Source of the DNA: Pseudobdellovibrionaceae bacterium | GTDB taxonomy: Bacteria; Bdellovibrionota; Bdellovibrionia; Bdellovibrionales; Bdellovibrionaceae | DNA length: 61,936 nucleotides | Assembly: GCA_039810425.1 (NCBI GenBank) | Contig: JBDHWW010000020.1 | Location: forward strand, 1 to 61,936 | Direction of reading: 5' to 3' | In this document: one piece after another, positions 20,840-31,964 of the stretch | Numbering within the stretch: the stretch's first letter is position 1 | Layout: the number at the start of each line of letters is the position of its first letter | The notes under the pieces: generated by a model | Database searches by the model: none | Seen by the model: only the letters and a program-made list of their open reading frames with translations | What the model was told of the DNA's origin: nothing | Translations under genes and position numbers: made by a program

Positions 20840-21217
20840 CTAGCGATGAGCCAGGACTTCTATTTCCACGTTCACACCCTTTGGCAACGCGGCCACGGCC
20901 ACCGTTGAACGGGCTGGTGGGTTTGTCGCAAATGATTTGCCATAGATTTCATTCACGGTCGCGAAATCAGACATATTGGTCAAAAAAATGGTCGTCTTGA
21001 CAACATTGCTGAAATTCATATCCGCCGCTTTCAAAACGCCCTCGATGTTTTTGATGACCATCTCAGTTTGAGTTTTGATATCGCCAGTGAAAACTTCATT
21101 TGTTTTTGGATCAATAGAAATTTGGCCCGAGCAGAACAAGAAAGAGTCCATTTGCACCGCTTGGGAGTAGGGGCCAATCGCCTGAGGAGCATTGTCTGTA
21201 GAAATAATTTTTTTCAT
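20840..21217 (-). CDS. ridA: RidA/YjgF reactive enamine/imine deaminase
   Basis: APQAIGPYSQAV, SGQI, PPARS, LPKGVNVEIE. Confidence 0.95.
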   Translation of the reverse strand: MKKIISTDNAPQAIGPYSQAVQMDSFLFCSGQISIDPKTNEVFTGDIKTQTEMVIKNIEGVLKAADMNFSNVVKTTIFLTNMSDFATVNEIYGKSFATNPPARSTVAVAALPKGVNVEIEVLAHR

Positions 21218-21242
21218 GATTCAAATCCTTTTAGAAAACTTT

Positions 21243-21734
21243 TTAAAAATAGAAGGTCACAGCAGCTTGCATTGGCGTGTCGCCGACGGTTCTGAAGCGA
21301 ACGTCCTTCAAGGACACGACGCCCACGCCCCCTTGGAAACTAAGACTTAAATTCTCAAGACCGGCAAAGAAAAACTCCGCACCGAAAAGACCGCTCAAGT
21401 AGAAACCCGATTGTTTATCACCCGCCACTTCACGGTTGATCAAACCGAGTTCGCCACCCATGGTGAAGTTCATATTGTCTTCTTTGAAAACAATACGCTG
21501 CACACCACCGCTTAAGGCGAAACGAGAGTAGTCCTTCTCCGTGTCAATCGCCAAGCCACCTGTCAGACCGATTTCCGTCGTTGGCCAGTACTTCACCGAC
21601 AAGGCGGGAATGGAGATGGAAGTATCGTTTTTGACACCGATCCCGAGGCGGTTCACAAGTTCCTTCGCCGAAGCGATATTTGTGAATGCCGTGAGACCCA
21701 CGAAAATGCCTAGAATAGCAGCGGTAAAGCGCAT
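21243..21734 (-). CDS. Small outer-membrane beta-barrel protein
   Basis: Signal peptide, alternating amphipathic beta strands, C-terminal TFYF. Start ATG 21734 after AAGGAG. Confidence 0.75.
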   Translation of the reverse strand: MRFTAAILGIFVGLTAFTNIASAKELVNRLGIGVKNDTSISIPALSVKYWPTTEIGLTGGLAIDTEKDYSRFALSGGVQRIVFKEDNMNFTMGGELGLINREVAGDKQSGFYLSGLFGAEFFFAGLENLSLSFQGGVGVVSLKDVRFRTVGDTPMQAAVTFYF

Positions 21735-21995
21735 AAGTTTCTCCTTAAAGAGCTGCCTATTAAAGTCGACAATCATGCGAAAATTCAAGCCCAATCAAAA
21801 GATGCTCAAAAAATGGGCCCATTTGAGAAATACCGAGTCATGCAACACCCTGCCAAGGTGGCAAAAACAACGCAAAAGCAGCCCGCGAAAATTGGTGATG
21901 TGGAAACGAAAACCCCAGAGGGCGTCAAAATTCTAGTGGTTAAAAAAGATAACTCCGACGTTGAAACCTTGCGCAATATCCTGAATTTGTCACTG

Positions 21996-22014
21996 GTCTT
22001 GAGTATCTCAAGAC
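21996..22014. promoter_or_regulatory. Perfect 8-bp inverted repeat, candidate operator
   Basis: GTCTTGAG-TAT-CTCAAGAC just upstream of a TAGTCT -10-like hexamer (22017-22022) and the ATG at 22029. Confidence 0.45.
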
Positions 22015-22028
22015 TGTAGTCTGACACT

Positions 22029-22433
22029 ATGCCTGACAACGATATACCGAAGACGGTAAGAGATTTTGTTTTTGAGTACATCGATTCGGTGGAGCAATTG
22101 GAGATTTTGCTCCTCCTCGAATCGGACTCAAAAAAAAGCTGGTCCCTGGCGGAACTGAGCGGACTCCTGCGTTCGAATCTCAATTCCGTCGAAAAGCGTA
22201 TCAGCCTGCTTCTCGCGCAAGGTCTTATTATTAAAAACGAAGAGTCCCACTTCTCCTTCTTTTTGGAGGACGCGGATCTTAATCAGACGATTCACAGTCT
22301 GGCTGATATTTACAAAGTTCATCGCTATAAAATTCTTGAAATGATTTTTTCGCCGATGAAGAAGAGTCGGGATTTAGCGGAAGCTTTCCGCCTTTCCCCG
22401 GCTAAACCAAACAAAGGAGACTCCAGTGGCTGA
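22029..22433 (+). CDS. Winged-helix-like protein of the type found next to DUF5985 genes
   Basis: IDSVEQLEILLLL...WSLAELSGLLRS...VEKRISLLLAQGLI HTH pattern; ends LAEAFRL. Confidence 0.7.
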   Translation: MPDNDIPKTVRDFVFEYIDSVEQLEILLLLESDSKKSWSLAELSGLLRSNLNSVEKRISLLLAQGLIIKNEESHFSFFLEDADLNQTIHSLADIYKVHRYKILEMIFSPMKKSRDLAEAFRLSPAKPNKGDSSG

Positions 22434-22689
22434 AACCGTTTATCTGTTATGTGCCGTCATGAGTATACTTTGCACGCTGCTGCTATTCCGCGGCTATCGC
22501 AAGAGCGCGAACAAACTCTTACTTTGGACGGCGCTGAGCTTTGCGCTAATGGCCTGCAATAATATTTTCCTGTACGTCGATCTGGCGATGCTCCCCAACA
22601 TGGATCTTCATGGGCCCTTCTGGCGGAACGTCTTAGGCACCTTATCGGGCGCAACCCTCCTTTACGGACTTATTTGGGAGCTGACATGA
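22426..22689 (+). CDS. DUF5985-family small membrane protein (3 TM)
   Basis: VYLLC...LLFRGY...LLLW...NNIFLYVDL. GTG start overlaps the upstream gene. Confidence 0.75.
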   Translation: MAETVYLLCAVMSILCTLLLFRGYRKSANKLLLWTALSFALMACNNIFLYVDLAMLPNMDLHGPFWRNVLGTLSGATLLYGLIWELT

Positions 22690-22982
22690 TGAGTATGAAC
22701 TATACACTCTTTCTTGCCGGCATCAGCATGGCGACCTTTGCCGCCTCTGGTTTATTCTTTGTGAAACTCTGGAGAGCCGCTCAAGATCGCTTCTTTGCGT
22801 TCTTTGCGATTGCCTGTGGTCTGCTGTCCATCGAGCGTGTCGTGGCCCTTTTCGTCCAAGGAGTTTTCGATTCCGACCTCGTACCACTGCCGGAGTCAAC
22901 GAGTTGGATCTATCTGATCCGTCTCTTGGCGTTTTTGATGATTGTGATTGCGATTGTCAGCAAGAACATGCACAAAAAATAA
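22686..22982 (+). CDS. DUF5985-family small membrane protein (3 TM), second type
   Basis: GLFFVKLWR...DRFF..FA...IER...YLIRLLAF...KN. ATGA overlap with the previous stop. Confidence 0.75.
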   Translation: MMSMNYTLFLAGISMATFAASGLFFVKLWRAAQDRFFAFFAIACGLLSIERVVALFVQGVFDSDLVPLPESTSWIYLIRLLAFLMIVIAIVSKNMHKK

Positions 22983-23003
22983 CTATTCCGCTGAGATCAA
23001 GGT

Positions 23004-25016
23004 TCAGTGCGCGGCCAGGTTTGAGATCTGTGAAATCAAGAGGCGGCGATCTATCGGCTTGGTTAAATGATCTGAACAACCGGCCGCCAGGCAACGGTCC
23101 CGGTCTTCCTTCAGCGCGTGCGCCGTCAATGCGATGATCGGCCCCTCGTAGCCTTTACCTCGAAGTGTCGTCGTTGCTTCGTAACCGTCCATCTCGGGCA
23201 TTTGAATATCCATCAGGATAATGCCGTACGTGCCGTTCAGTGCTTTTTCAACTCCCTCAACGCCGTTGTTAGCGACTTCCACCTGAGCGCCCGCCCCGGT
23301 CAGGAAGCGGCTAATAAGAATTTGATTGATGGGCGCATCCTCAACAAGGAGAACTTTAATGCCCTGAAGTGCACTACTGTCGTTCATAGCCGGGAAGTCC
23401 TGTCTGATCTCAACAATTTCTTTTTCGAGTGAATCAAAATACGGAACGGCCCCGGCCGGCGTGCCGTTGACTTCGATCAAGAAGCAACTTCCCTCGCCGG
23501 AGTGACTGCTTTCAAGCGAGACGTTTCCGCCCAACGCTTCGGCAAGTTTGCGTGAAAGCGCCAAGCCCAACCCGGTGCCGCCAAAACGGCGCGTGGTCGA
23601 ACTATCGACCTGCACAAACGGATGAAAGAGTTTTTCCGCCAACTGGCGATCAATACCCACCCCCGTGTCTTTAATGCGGAAGGAAAGCCGATTGCCGCTC
23701 CAAGCGGCTTCGAGCACCACTTTGCCTTTTTCCGTAAACTTGACCGCATTACTGATCATATTCAATAAAATCTGGCGAAGACGCGTTGGATCCGTGATCA
23801 CTTTCTGAGGAATCTTGGTTTTAAAGTTAAATTCAAGACCCACGCCTTTGGCCTGCGCCTTCACCAGCATCAGCGTGTGTAGATCGCGCAAGAGCGAAGC
23901 GAGATTCACTTCGATATTTTCAATGTCCAAGCGGCCCGCTTCGACTTTTGAAATATCCAGAATTTCGTCGATAATTCTAAGTAACTGTTGACCGCTGCGC
24001 ATGATGGTCGTGAGGTTCTGCGTGCGCTCCTCAGCGGAAACATCAGAATTCAGCATCAACTCCGCAAAGCCCAGCATCGCCCCCAGCGGCGTGCGGATTT
24101 CATGGCTCATATTTGCCAAAAACTGCGTCTTTGCGACACTTGCGGCGACAGCGGCTTGCTTTGCATCGAAGATCTCGTCCTCGGCGATTTTTCTATCGTG
24201 GATGTCCATGCTCGTGCCGATCCACGATGTCACTTTGTCAAAGATGTCAAACTCAGGCACTTCGCGGACCGTGTGCCAGCGAAACTCACCATCGTGGCGG
24301 CGCACGCGGATCTCGATCTCAAACGGAGTTCCGCTGTTCATCGAATCAAGCCATGCTTTCAGGAAGATCCGCAAATCCTGGGGATGAATCGCATCCTGCC
24401 ATCCTGAGCCCACGCTTTGTTCTTGGGTCAACCCCGTATAGCTGGTCCATAGCCTATTGAAGTAATCCAAAGTCCCATCGACTTTCGATTTCCAGATCAT
24501 TACCGGAACCGCATCGGCAAGATTGCGATAACGCTTCAACGTTTCCATTTCAAACTGCGCAAGCTGCAGAAACCGGGCCTGTCGCTCGGTTTGGCGGATC
24601 ATTTCATTCTGCTCTTGCAACTGCCGTTTCTTAAAATAGAATTCGACAAAAAAGCTCACTTTAGAACGCAAAATCTGCGGTTCAAACGGTTTAAAGATAT
24701 AGTCCACCGCGCCGACTTCATAGCCGCGGTAAATATGCATGTCATCCTTGTTGATCGCCGTCACGAAGATGATCGGCGTATGACGGTATTGCTCATTTTG
24801 CCGAATACGACGGGCGGTTTCAAAACCGTCCATCTCCGGCATCTGAACATCCAGGAGGATCACGCCAAAATCATGCTGATCCAAAAGGCGCAGGGCTTCC
24901 AATCCTGACTGCGCCCGAATCAAGTTGACGTTTGGCAGGTTTAAAACAGCTTCTAAAGCAATGAATCCATCTAACCGGTCGTCAACGATAAGAATATCAA
25001 CTGGAGGATGTCGCAT
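23004..25016 (-). CDS. Hybrid sensor histidine kinase REC-PAS-HisKA-HATPase-REC
   Basis: ILIVDD/LLDVQMP, PAS (IHPQD), [13 protein letters not shown] and G boxes, C-terminal ILMDIQMP; no TM segment. Confidence 0.95.
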   Translation of the reverse strand: MRHPPVDILIVDDRLDGFIALEAVLNLPNVNLIRAQSGLEALRLLDQHDFGVILLDVQMPEMDGFETARRIRQNEQYRHTPIIFVTAINKDDMHIYRGYEVGAVDYIFKPFEPQILRSKVSFFVEFYFKKRQLQEQNEMIRQTERQARFLQLAQFEMETLKRYRNLADAVPVMIWKSKVDGTLDYFNRLWTSYTGLTQEQSVGSGWQDAIHPQDLRIFLKAWLDSMNSGTPFEIEIRVRRHDGEFRWHTVREVPEFDIFDKVTSWIGTSMDIHDRKIAEDEIFDAKQAAVAASVAKTQFLANMSHEIRTPLGAMLGFAELMLNSDVSAEERTQNLTTIMRSGQQLLRIIDEILDISKVEAGRLDIENIEVNLASLLRDLHTLMLVKAQAKGVGLEFNFKTKIPQKVITDPTRLRQILLNMISNAVKFTEKGKVVLEAAWSGNRLSFRIKDTGVGIDRQLAEKLFHPFVQVDSSTTRRFGGTGLGLALSRKLAEALGGNVSLESSHSGEGSCFLIEVNGTPAGAVPYFDSLEKEIVEIRQDFPAMNDSSALQGIKVLLVEDAPINQILISRFLTGAGAQVEVANNGVEGVEKALNGTYGIILMDIQMPEMDGYEATTTLRGKGYEGPIIALTAHALKEDRDRCLAAGCSDHLTKPIDRRLLISQISNLAAH

Positions 25017-25021
25017 ACTTC

Positions 25022-28000
25022 CTATTTTTCCTTCTTAAACCGCGAGTACATCACCGCCAACAAATGACTTTCATCCACTGGCTTTGTCACGTAGTCCGAA
25101 GCCCCGGCTTCTAAACATTTCTCACGGTCGCCTTTCATGGCTTTTGCCGTGAGCGAGATAATCGGAAGCTGACCAAACTCCGGAATCTTACGAATACCGC
25201 GAGTGGCCTCAATTCCATCCATCTCCGGCATCATCGTATCCATCAAAACAAGGTCGGTGTCCGGGTTTTCCTTAAGGACCGCAATACCTTGCTTCCCGTT
25301 CTCAGCATAGATCACGTTCATGCCGCGCATTTTTAAAATGCTTGTCAGTGCAAAGACGTTACGAACGTCGTCATCGACAACGAGAATTTTTTTACCCGTA
25401 AAATCCGCATCCACGGGAAGGGACTCCACCTCACGCGGCGCCTCGGTTGCTTCAAGCATGCCCAAGACATCGCCCACATACTTCTGCGGCAAATAAAGGG
25501 TGAAACGGCTACCGTGGCTCGGCTCAGACTCAACCTCAATAATACCGCCCAAAAGACGAGCGATTTCGCGGCTGATCGTAAGACCCAAACCCGTCCCACC
25601 GTATTTACGGCTGGTTGTACCATCGGCTTGCTGGAATGCTTCGAAAATCAGTTTCTGCTTCTCGGGAGCGATACCGATACCGGTATCTGTCACACGGAAC
25701 ATAAACGTGTTCTTACCTTTCAGTCCGAGCTCTTCAGCGTGCTTTTTATCCGCCAAACCAATCTCAAGCTTCACGCTGCCTCTCTCGGTGAACTTAAAGG
25801 CATTGGATAGCAAGTTTTTAAGGATCTGCTGCAAACGGTTTTCATCGGTGAACATCGCTTTCGGCAAGTGCGCCCCCATTTCAACCTTAAACTCCAACGT
25901 CTTGTGTTCGGCCACAGGACGGAAGGTCTGCTCGAGGTACTCGAGCACGCTTTCGAGTTCCACCGCCTTCGGATTGACCGGCATTTTTCCGGCTTCGACC
26001 TTGGAAAGATCGAGGATTTCGTTGATCAGCGCCAACAAGTCCTGACCTGCCGAGTGAACCGTGCTTGCGAACTTCACTTGCTCGCTGCTGAGGTTCTTGT
26101 CGCGGTTTTCAGCCAACGTTTTAGAAAGAATGAGCAAGCTATTCAGCGGCGTACGAAGTTCATGCGACATGTTCGCCAAGAACTCCGATTTGTATTTCGA
26201 AATAAGTGACAGCTGTTCGGCTTTCTCTTCCAGGGAGCGCGACGCCAGCTCCACCTCTTGGTTTTTGACCTCGAGGAGCTTTGCTTTGTCTTCGAGTTCT
26301 TTCGCCTGAGCTTCCAGTTCGGCATTGGAACGCTTCAACTCTTGCAGAAGTTCTTCCGTTCTCATGCTTGACGAGATCATGTTCAGGATAACCCCGATGG
26401 AATCCATCAGTTGGTCTAAGAAGTTGATATAGTTCTGGGAGAACGTGCGAGTTGAAGCCAATTCGATCACGGCTTTGAGCTCACCTTCAAAGAGCACCGG
26501 CAACACGATCACGTTGCGTGGTTTTTCGTCGTGAAGGCTTGAGCTGATCACCACGTAGTCTTCTGGAGAATGAGTCAAAAGAATGCGTTTTTTCTCAAAC
26601 GCGCACTGGCCCACCAGACCTTCTTTCAAACGATAGCGGTTCGAAACGTTTTTGCGTTCGGTGAACGCGTAGCTTGCAATCAGATTCAAGCTTTGTTGCT
26701 CATCGGACTCTGTTTCAAGCATGAAGAATGTTCCTTGATGGGCATCCACGAGCGGTGTCAGCTCCGACATAATCAACTGCGCCACCGCAGTGACTGAACG
26801 CTGACCCTGCATCATACTTGAGAACTTCGCGAGATTGGTTTTTAACCAGTCTTGCTCCGTATTTTTCTGAGTCGTATCTTTTAAGTTGCCGATCATGAAG
26901 TTGATATTCTCTGAAAGGGCGGCAACTTCGCCTTGGGCTTCAACGGTGATGGAACGGGTCAAGTCACCCTTTGTGACCGCGGTGGACACTTCGGCGATCG
27001 CACGGACTTGAGCCGTCAAGTTGCCCGCAAGCTGGTTCACATTGTCGGTCAAATCTTTCCAGGTTCCCGCTGCTCCAGGAACTTTTGCCTGGCCCCCCAG
27101 CTTCCCTTCGATACCCACTTCGCGGGCCACGGTCGTAACCTGATCCGAGAAGGTTCTCAGAGTATCCGTCATTGAATTGATGGTTTCCGCAAGAGCGGCC
27201 ACTTCCCCTTTGGCTTCAAGCACGAATTTTTGATTCAAGTCCCCGTTGGCGACCGCCGTGACGACCTTCACGATACCGCGCACTTGAGTGGTCAAGTTTG
27301 AGGCCATAAAATTAACGTTGTCGGTTAAGTCTTTCCAAGTCCCCGCAACCCCAGGAACGCGCGCCTGTGCGCCGAGCTTCCCTTCGATACCCACTTCACG
27401 AGCCACGGTGGTGACCTGGTCGGCAAAAATTCTGAGAGTGTCGGTCATTGAATTGATGGTTTCCGCAAGAGCGGCCACTTCCCCTTTGGCCTCAAGAACG
27501 AATTTTTGATTCAAATCGCCGTTGGCGACCGCCGTGACGACCTTCACGATACCACGCACTTGCTTTGTGAGGTTGGAGGCCATGAAGTTCACGTTGTCGG
27601 TCAAGTCTTTCCAGGTCCCGGAAACCCCGCGCACTTCCGCTTGGCCTCCGAGCTTTCCTTCCGTTCCAACCTCTTTCGCCACGCGAGTCACCTCGGAAGC
27701 AAAAGATGAGAGCTGGTCGACCATCTTGTTGATAACATCTTTGATTTGCAGGATTTCACCGCGCGCATCGACGGTGATCTTTTGTCCCAAATCGCCAGAG
27801 GCAATCGCCGTTGCTACTTTAGAAACGTCACGGAGCTGAACCGTCAGGTTCGAAGCCATCACGTTCACGTTGTCAGTCAAATCTTTCCAAGTCCCGGAGA
27901 CCCCTTTTACTTCCGCTTGGCCTCCGAGCTTTCCTTCCGTTCCGACCTCTTTCGCCACGCGAGTCACCTCGGAGGCGAAGGAGTTCAACTGATCCACCAT

Positions 28001-30514
28001 CGTATTGATGGTGTCTTTCAGCTCCAGGATTTCGCCGCGGGCATCGACGGTGATTTTTTGTGAAAGATCGCCTTTTGCCACCGCCGTCGTTACTTTGGCG
28101 ATGTTACGGACTTGAGTGGTTAAATTATTCGCCAGACCATTTACGTTGTCGGTCAAATCTTTCCAGGTTCCAGCAACACCTTTTACATCGGCCTGACCCC
28201 CAAGACGGCCTTCGGTGCCTACTTCTTTCGCCACACGAGTCACTTCAGCAGCAAAGCTTCTGAGCGTGTCCACCATGGTGTTAATGGTATCTTTGAGCTC
28301 GAGGATTTCACCTTTCGCGTCCACCGTGATTTTTTGTGAAAGATCGCCTTTTGCCACCGCCGTCGTTACTTTGGCGATGTTACGGACTTGCGCGGTCAGG
28401 TTGCCGGCAAGACCATTCACATTATCAGTGAGATCTTTCCAAGTCCCAGACACCCCTTTTACTTCCGCCTGTCCGCCGAGTCGGCCTTCGGTCCCTACTT
28501 CTTTCGCCACGCGAGTCACTTCGGCTGCAAACGAGTTCAGCTGATCCACCATGACGTTAATGGTGTTCTTGAGTTCGAAGATCTCGCCTTTGGCATCCAC
28601 CGTGATTTTTTGTGAAAGATCGCCTTTTGCCACCGCCGTCGTTACTTTGGCGATGTTACGGACTTGCGCGGTCAGGTTGCCGGCAAGACCATTCACATTA
28701 TCAGTGAGATCTTTCCAAGTCCCAGACACCCCTTTTACTTCCGCCTGTCCGCCCAGCTTTCCTTCCGTGCCTACTTCCTTCGCCACACGAGTGACTTCAG
28801 AGGCAAAAGACGACAGCTGGTCGACCATCTTGTTGATAACATCCTTGATCTGCAGGATTTCACCCTTTGCTTCAACCGTGATTTTTTGTCCAAGATCGCC
28901 GTTCGCAATAGAGGTCGCCACTTTAGACACGTCACGGAGCTGAACCGTCAGATTTGATGCCATCGCGTTGACGTTGTCGGTCAGATCCTTCCAAGTTCCA
29001 GACACACCCTTTACATCGGCCTGGCCACCGAGCTTACCCTCGGTACCCACTTCCTTCGCCATACGAGTGACTTCAGCAGCGAAACTTCGGAGGGTGTCCA
29101 CCATGGTGTTAATGGTATCTTTGAGCTCAAGGATTTCACCTTTCGCATCCACCGTGATCTTTTGTGACAAGTCCCCGTTGGCGACGGCCGTGGTTACTTT
29201 GGCGATGTTACGAACCTGGGCGGTCAGGTTACCGGCAAGACCATTCACATTATCAGTGAGATCCTTCCAAGTTCCAGACACACCCTTTACGTCGGCCTGG
29301 CCACCGAGCTTACCCTCGGTACCCACTTCCTTCGCTACGCGAGTGACTTCAGAGGCAAAGGAATTCAACTGGTCCACCATGACATTAATGGTATTTTTTA
29401 ATTCAGAGATTTCGCCGCGGGCATCAACGGTGATTTTTTGTGAAAGATCGCCTTTTGCCACCGCCGTCGTTACTTTGGCGATGTTACGAACCTGAGCGGT
29501 CAAATTATTCGCCAGACCATTTACGTTGTCGGTCAAATCCTTCCACGTACCCGATACGCCTTTTACGTCGGCCTGACCGCCGAGACGGCCTTCGGTACCC
29601 ACTTCCTTCGCCACACGAGTCACCTCGGCGGCGAAGGAAGACAACTGATCCACCATGACGTTGATGGTGTTCTTGAGTTCAAAGATCTCACCTTTGGCAT
29701 CCACCGTGATTTTTTGTGACAAATCCCCCTTGGCAACGGCGGTCGTCACTTTTGCGATATTACGTACTTGATCCGTCAAGTTTCCAGCAAGGATGTTTAC
29801 GTTATCAGTCAAATCTCTCCAGATACCAGACGCACCTTTTACGTCGGCCTGGCCACCGAGTTTTCCCTCGGTGCCCACCTCTTTCGCAACACGCGTTACT
29901 TCAGAGGCAAACGAATTCAGTTGATCCACCATGGCATTGACCGTTGTACCGATACGGAGGAATTCCCCTTTTACGGTTCGGCCATCAATTTCCAAGGACA
30001 TCTTTTGTGACAAGTCCCCTTTCGCAACGTGGGTGATGACCCGCGCGACCTCGGTTGTCGGCTGCACCAGGTCCCCGATGAGCAAGTTCACAGAGTCGAC
30101 ACTCGTCGCCCAGGCTCCGCGAACAGTTCCCATGGAAACACGTTCCGACATCTTACCTTCTTGGCCCACGGTGTTTCGCACGCGCGAAAATTCATTCGCC
30201 ATGCTTTCATTCATTTCAATAATATCGTTAAGAACTTCACCGATCTCGGCGATGATGCCCTCGTGAAGCTGCGGCATGCGCACATTGAACTCGCCTCGAC
30301 GAACCGCCTTTACCGTAAAAAGCAGCTGCCGAAGCTGTTCATGAGCCGTATTCAAAGGGAAATCGCCTTTGGGAATTTCGCGATAAAAAGGCGTGTTCGC
30401 CATGGGAGGGGCGTTGAGTTTTTTGGACTTTGCAACACTCGCCTTTTGACTTTTGCCAAGCTTAGATTTTTTGAGCTCGCCATTTTGTGAAGACCTCACT
30501 GATGGTTTTTCCAT
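25022..30514 (-). CDS. Cytoplasmic poly-HAMP hybrid histidine kinase (HAMPn-GAF-HisKA-HATPase-REC; Nik1/group III-like)
   Basis: 11 W(K/R)DLTDNVN units of 92 aa plus one degenerate unit, [22 protein letters not shown], single C-terminal REC. Confidence 0.96.
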   Translation of the reverse strand: MEKPSVRSSQNGELKKSKLGKSQKASVAKSKKLNAPPMANTPFYREIPKGDFPLNTAHEQLRQLLFTVKAVRRGEFNVRMPQLHEGIIAEIGEVLNDIIEMNESMANEFSRVRNTVGQEGKMSERVSMGTVRGAWATSVDSVNLLIGDLVQPTTEVARVITHVAKGDLSQKMSLEIDGRTVKGEFLRIGTTVNAMVDQLNSFASEVTRVAKEVGTEGKLGGQADVKGASGIWRDLTDNVNILAGNLTDQVRNIAKVTTAVAKGDLSQKITVDAKGEIFELKNTINVMVDQLSSFAAEVTRVAKEVGTEGRLGGQADVKGVSGTWKDLTDNVNGLANNLTAQVRNIAKVTTAVAKGDLSQKITVDARGEISELKNTINVMVDQLNSFASEVTRVAKEVGTEGKLGGQADVKGVSGTWKDLTDNVNGLAGNLTAQVRNIAKVTTAVANGDLSQKITVDAKGEILELKDTINTMVDTLRSFAAEVTRMAKEVGTEGKLGGQADVKGVSGTWKDLTDNVNAMASNLTVQLRDVSKVATSIANGDLGQKITVEAKGEILQIKDVINKMVDQLSSFASEVTRVAKEVGTEGKLGGQAEVKGVSGTWKDLTDNVNGLAGNLTAQVRNIAKVTTAVAKGDLSQKITVDAKGEIFELKNTINVMVDQLNSFAAEVTRVAKEVGTEGRLGGQAEVKGVSGTWKDLTDNVNGLAGNLTAQVRNIAKVTTAVAKGDLSQKITVDAKGEILELKDTINTMVDTLRSFAAEVTRVAKEVGTEGRLGGQADVKGVAGTWKDLTDNVNGLANNLTTQVRNIAKVTTAVAKGDLSQKITVDARGEILELKDTINTMVDQLNSFASEVTRVAKEVGTEGKLGGQAEVKGVSGTWKDLTDNVNVMASNLTVQLRDVSKVATAIASGDLGQKITVDARGEILQIKDVINKMVDQLSSFASEVTRVAKEVGTEGKLGGQAEVRGVSGTWKDLTDNVNFMASNLTKQVRGIVKVVTAVANGDLNQKFVLEAKGEVAALAETINSMTDTLRIFADQVTTVAREVGIEGKLGAQARVPGVAGTWKDLTDNVNFMASNLTTQVRGIVKVVTAVANGDLNQKFVLEAKGEVAALAETINSMTDTLRTFSDQVTTVAREVGIEGKLGGQAKVPGAAGTWKDLTDNVNQLAGNLTAQVRAIAEVSTAVTKGDLTRSITVEAQGEVAALSENINFMIGNLKDTTQKNTEQDWLKTNLAKFSSMMQGQRSVTAVAQLIMSELTPLVDAHQGTFFMLETESDEQQSLNLIASYAFTERKNVSNRYRLKEGLVGQCAFEKKRILLTHSPEDYVVISSSLHDEKPRNVIVLPVLFEGELKAVIELASTRTFSQNYINFLDQLMDSIGVILNMISSSMRTEELLQELKRSNAELEAQAKELEDKAKLLEVKNQEVELASRSLEEKAEQLSLISKYKSEFLANMSHELRTPLNSLLILSKTLAENRDKNLSSEQVKFASTVHSAGQDLLALINEILDLSKVEAGKMPVNPKAVELESVLEYLEQTFRPVAEHKTLEFKVEMGAHLPKAMFTDENRLQQILKNLLSNAFKFTERGSVKLEIGLADKKHAEELGLKGKNTFMFRVTDTGIGIAPEKQKLIFEAFQQADGTTSRKYGGTGLGLTISREIARLLGGIIEVESEPSHGSRFTLYLPQKYVGDVLGMLEATEAPREVESLPVDADFTGKKILVVDDDVRNVFALTSILKMRGMNVIYAENGKQGIAVLKENPDTDLVLMDTMMPEMDGIEATRGIRKIPEFGQLPIISLTAKAMKGDREKCLEAGASDYVTKPVDESHLLAVMYSRFKKEK
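26930..30150 (-). repeat. Intragenic tandem repeat, 276-bp period (HAMP units)
   Basis: ~12 units; 28320-28477 and 28596-28753 are identical by eye. Outer boundaries approximate. Confidence 0.9.
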
Positions 30515-30873
30515 GAAATCCGATCCCCCTTGAAGTTTTTATATTTTTCTATGGCTAACATGGAGGACACGTTAAAAAGTAATGACGATTTCTTCACACA
30601 TGTAAAATTCTTTAGAAATGCATCTAAACTCCGCCTATTTATTTAAAGATCCTGAAAACCCCGTGATGTTTTCTTCAAATAATGCATCGTTGCATATTTG
30701 CCGATCGCGTAAAAACGAATAGGAAACCGGCCTTTTTTTTCAGATTTTTTCCTCTGAAAGGTCTGACGACGTTTATCCAGGTTTGCGTTATATTTGCCTT
30801 ATGGCTCACGACCAAGGAACCGTTTGTCCACCCTGGACCCGGCTTTCCCGGGCAGTTGTTTTAAGATGTATAA

Positions 30874-31818
30874 ATGAAGTTTTTTCTGCATTTCCTTGTC
30901 TTTTTGAGCCTTGGTTGGCCCGCCTTTGCTAAGACAAAACACAAATCTAAATCACCGCTGCAAGCCGATGCCGTCTGGGTGGGAAAAGAACTCAAGCGTA
31001 TGGGTCTTTCAAAAAGCTATATTGCGGAATCAATGAAATATTATGAGCCGGCGAGCTTTGACTCGACCGTCACGTTGAACTTGCTCGGTTTCCTGCGCCC
31101 GGCCGGCGAACACATGAACCGCGTGAATGCCGAGGCCGTGCGCGAAACACAAAGTTTTGTGCGGAAAAATCAGCCGGCGTTTGATTTAGCCGAACAAAAA
31201 TACGGTGTGCCCGGCAATGTGATTTCAGCTCTGCTGTGGATTGAAACCCGCCACGGCGATAACCTGGGGAAGTTCCACATCAACAGCGTGTACTTGCACC
31301 TCCTGCAAGCGGACTTGAAAAAAAACCGCGTGCTCCTCACGAAACTAGCGTTTGAGAAAAATAAAAAAGAACAGCGCTTTACGAAGAAAGAGCTGCGTAA
31401 GCTCATGGCCGAAAGAACCAAGAAAAAAGCCGCTTGGGCGCGGGAGCAGGTTCTCGCCATGGCCGGTATTCGTAAAAAGAAGCATCTCGACATCACCACT
31501 CTGCGGGGTTCCTACGCCGGGGCCTTTGGCCTATCGCAGTTTATTCCGTCGAGCTACATGGAGTACGCAAAGCCCGCTAAACCCGGCACTGTCGTAAAGC
31601 TGGCGGAAGCTCCGGATGCGATCATGAGCGTCGCTTATTACTTGCATCGCAGTGGCTGGAAGAGCGCAAACCCCGATTCCCACGTCGAGGCTTTGATGAA
31701 GTACAACAATAGCCGCGATTACGCCGACAGTATTTTGGAAATTTCAAGACAGGTTCTGGCCGCTCAGCCGACGGCCGCGAAAAATCGCGGTGTCTCTTCC
31801 GTGAATGAGAAAAAATAA
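30874..31818 (+). CDS. Lytic murein transglycosylase, MltB/SLT_2 family
   Basis: Signal peptide; WIETRHG (catalytic Glu), GSYAGAFGLSQFIPSSY, YNNSRDYA. Confidence 0.92.
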   Translation: MKFFLHFLVFLSLGWPAFAKTKHKSKSPLQADAVWVGKELKRMGLSKSYIAESMKYYEPASFDSTVTLNLLGFLRPAGEHMNRVNAEAVRETQSFVRKNQPAFDLAEQKYGVPGNVISALLWIETRHGDNLGKFHINSVYLHLLQADLKKNRVLLTKLAFEKNKKEQRFTKKELRKLMAERTKKKAAWAREQVLAMAGIRKKKHLDITTLRGSYAGAFGLSQFIPSSYMEYAKPAKPGTVVKLAEAPDAIMSVAYYLHRSGWKSANPDSHVEALMKYNNSRDYADSILEISRQVLAAQPTAAKNRGVSSVNEKK

Positions 31819-31964
31819 GCAGGCGCCGTCAAAACCACCTTAGGTTTGGAACAGGTCGCCAAAAATCTCGAGACCCCAAAGGCCGCCTTAAGAAGCTTGA
31901 ACTGACGCCCTCCACAGTTGAAATAAGTTGGTTTTTGGCGGACTAAGTGCTCTAATTTTCGCCT

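Noticed and set aside
21806..22183. ORFs 21806..22183 (-) and 21813..22019 (+)
   Set aside because: They span a divergent promoter region or overlap the wHTH gene, and have no recognisable features.
26930..30150. Regular repeats as a possible CRISPR array or satellite
   Set aside because: The period is 276 bp, in frame, with no unique spacers. It is fully explained by HAMP units, and there are no cas genes.
25500..30490. Many plus-strand ORFs opposite the HAMP kinase
   Set aside because: These are antisense shadows produced by codon bias and repeats, with no motifs. The same applies to most short overlapping ORFs in the track.
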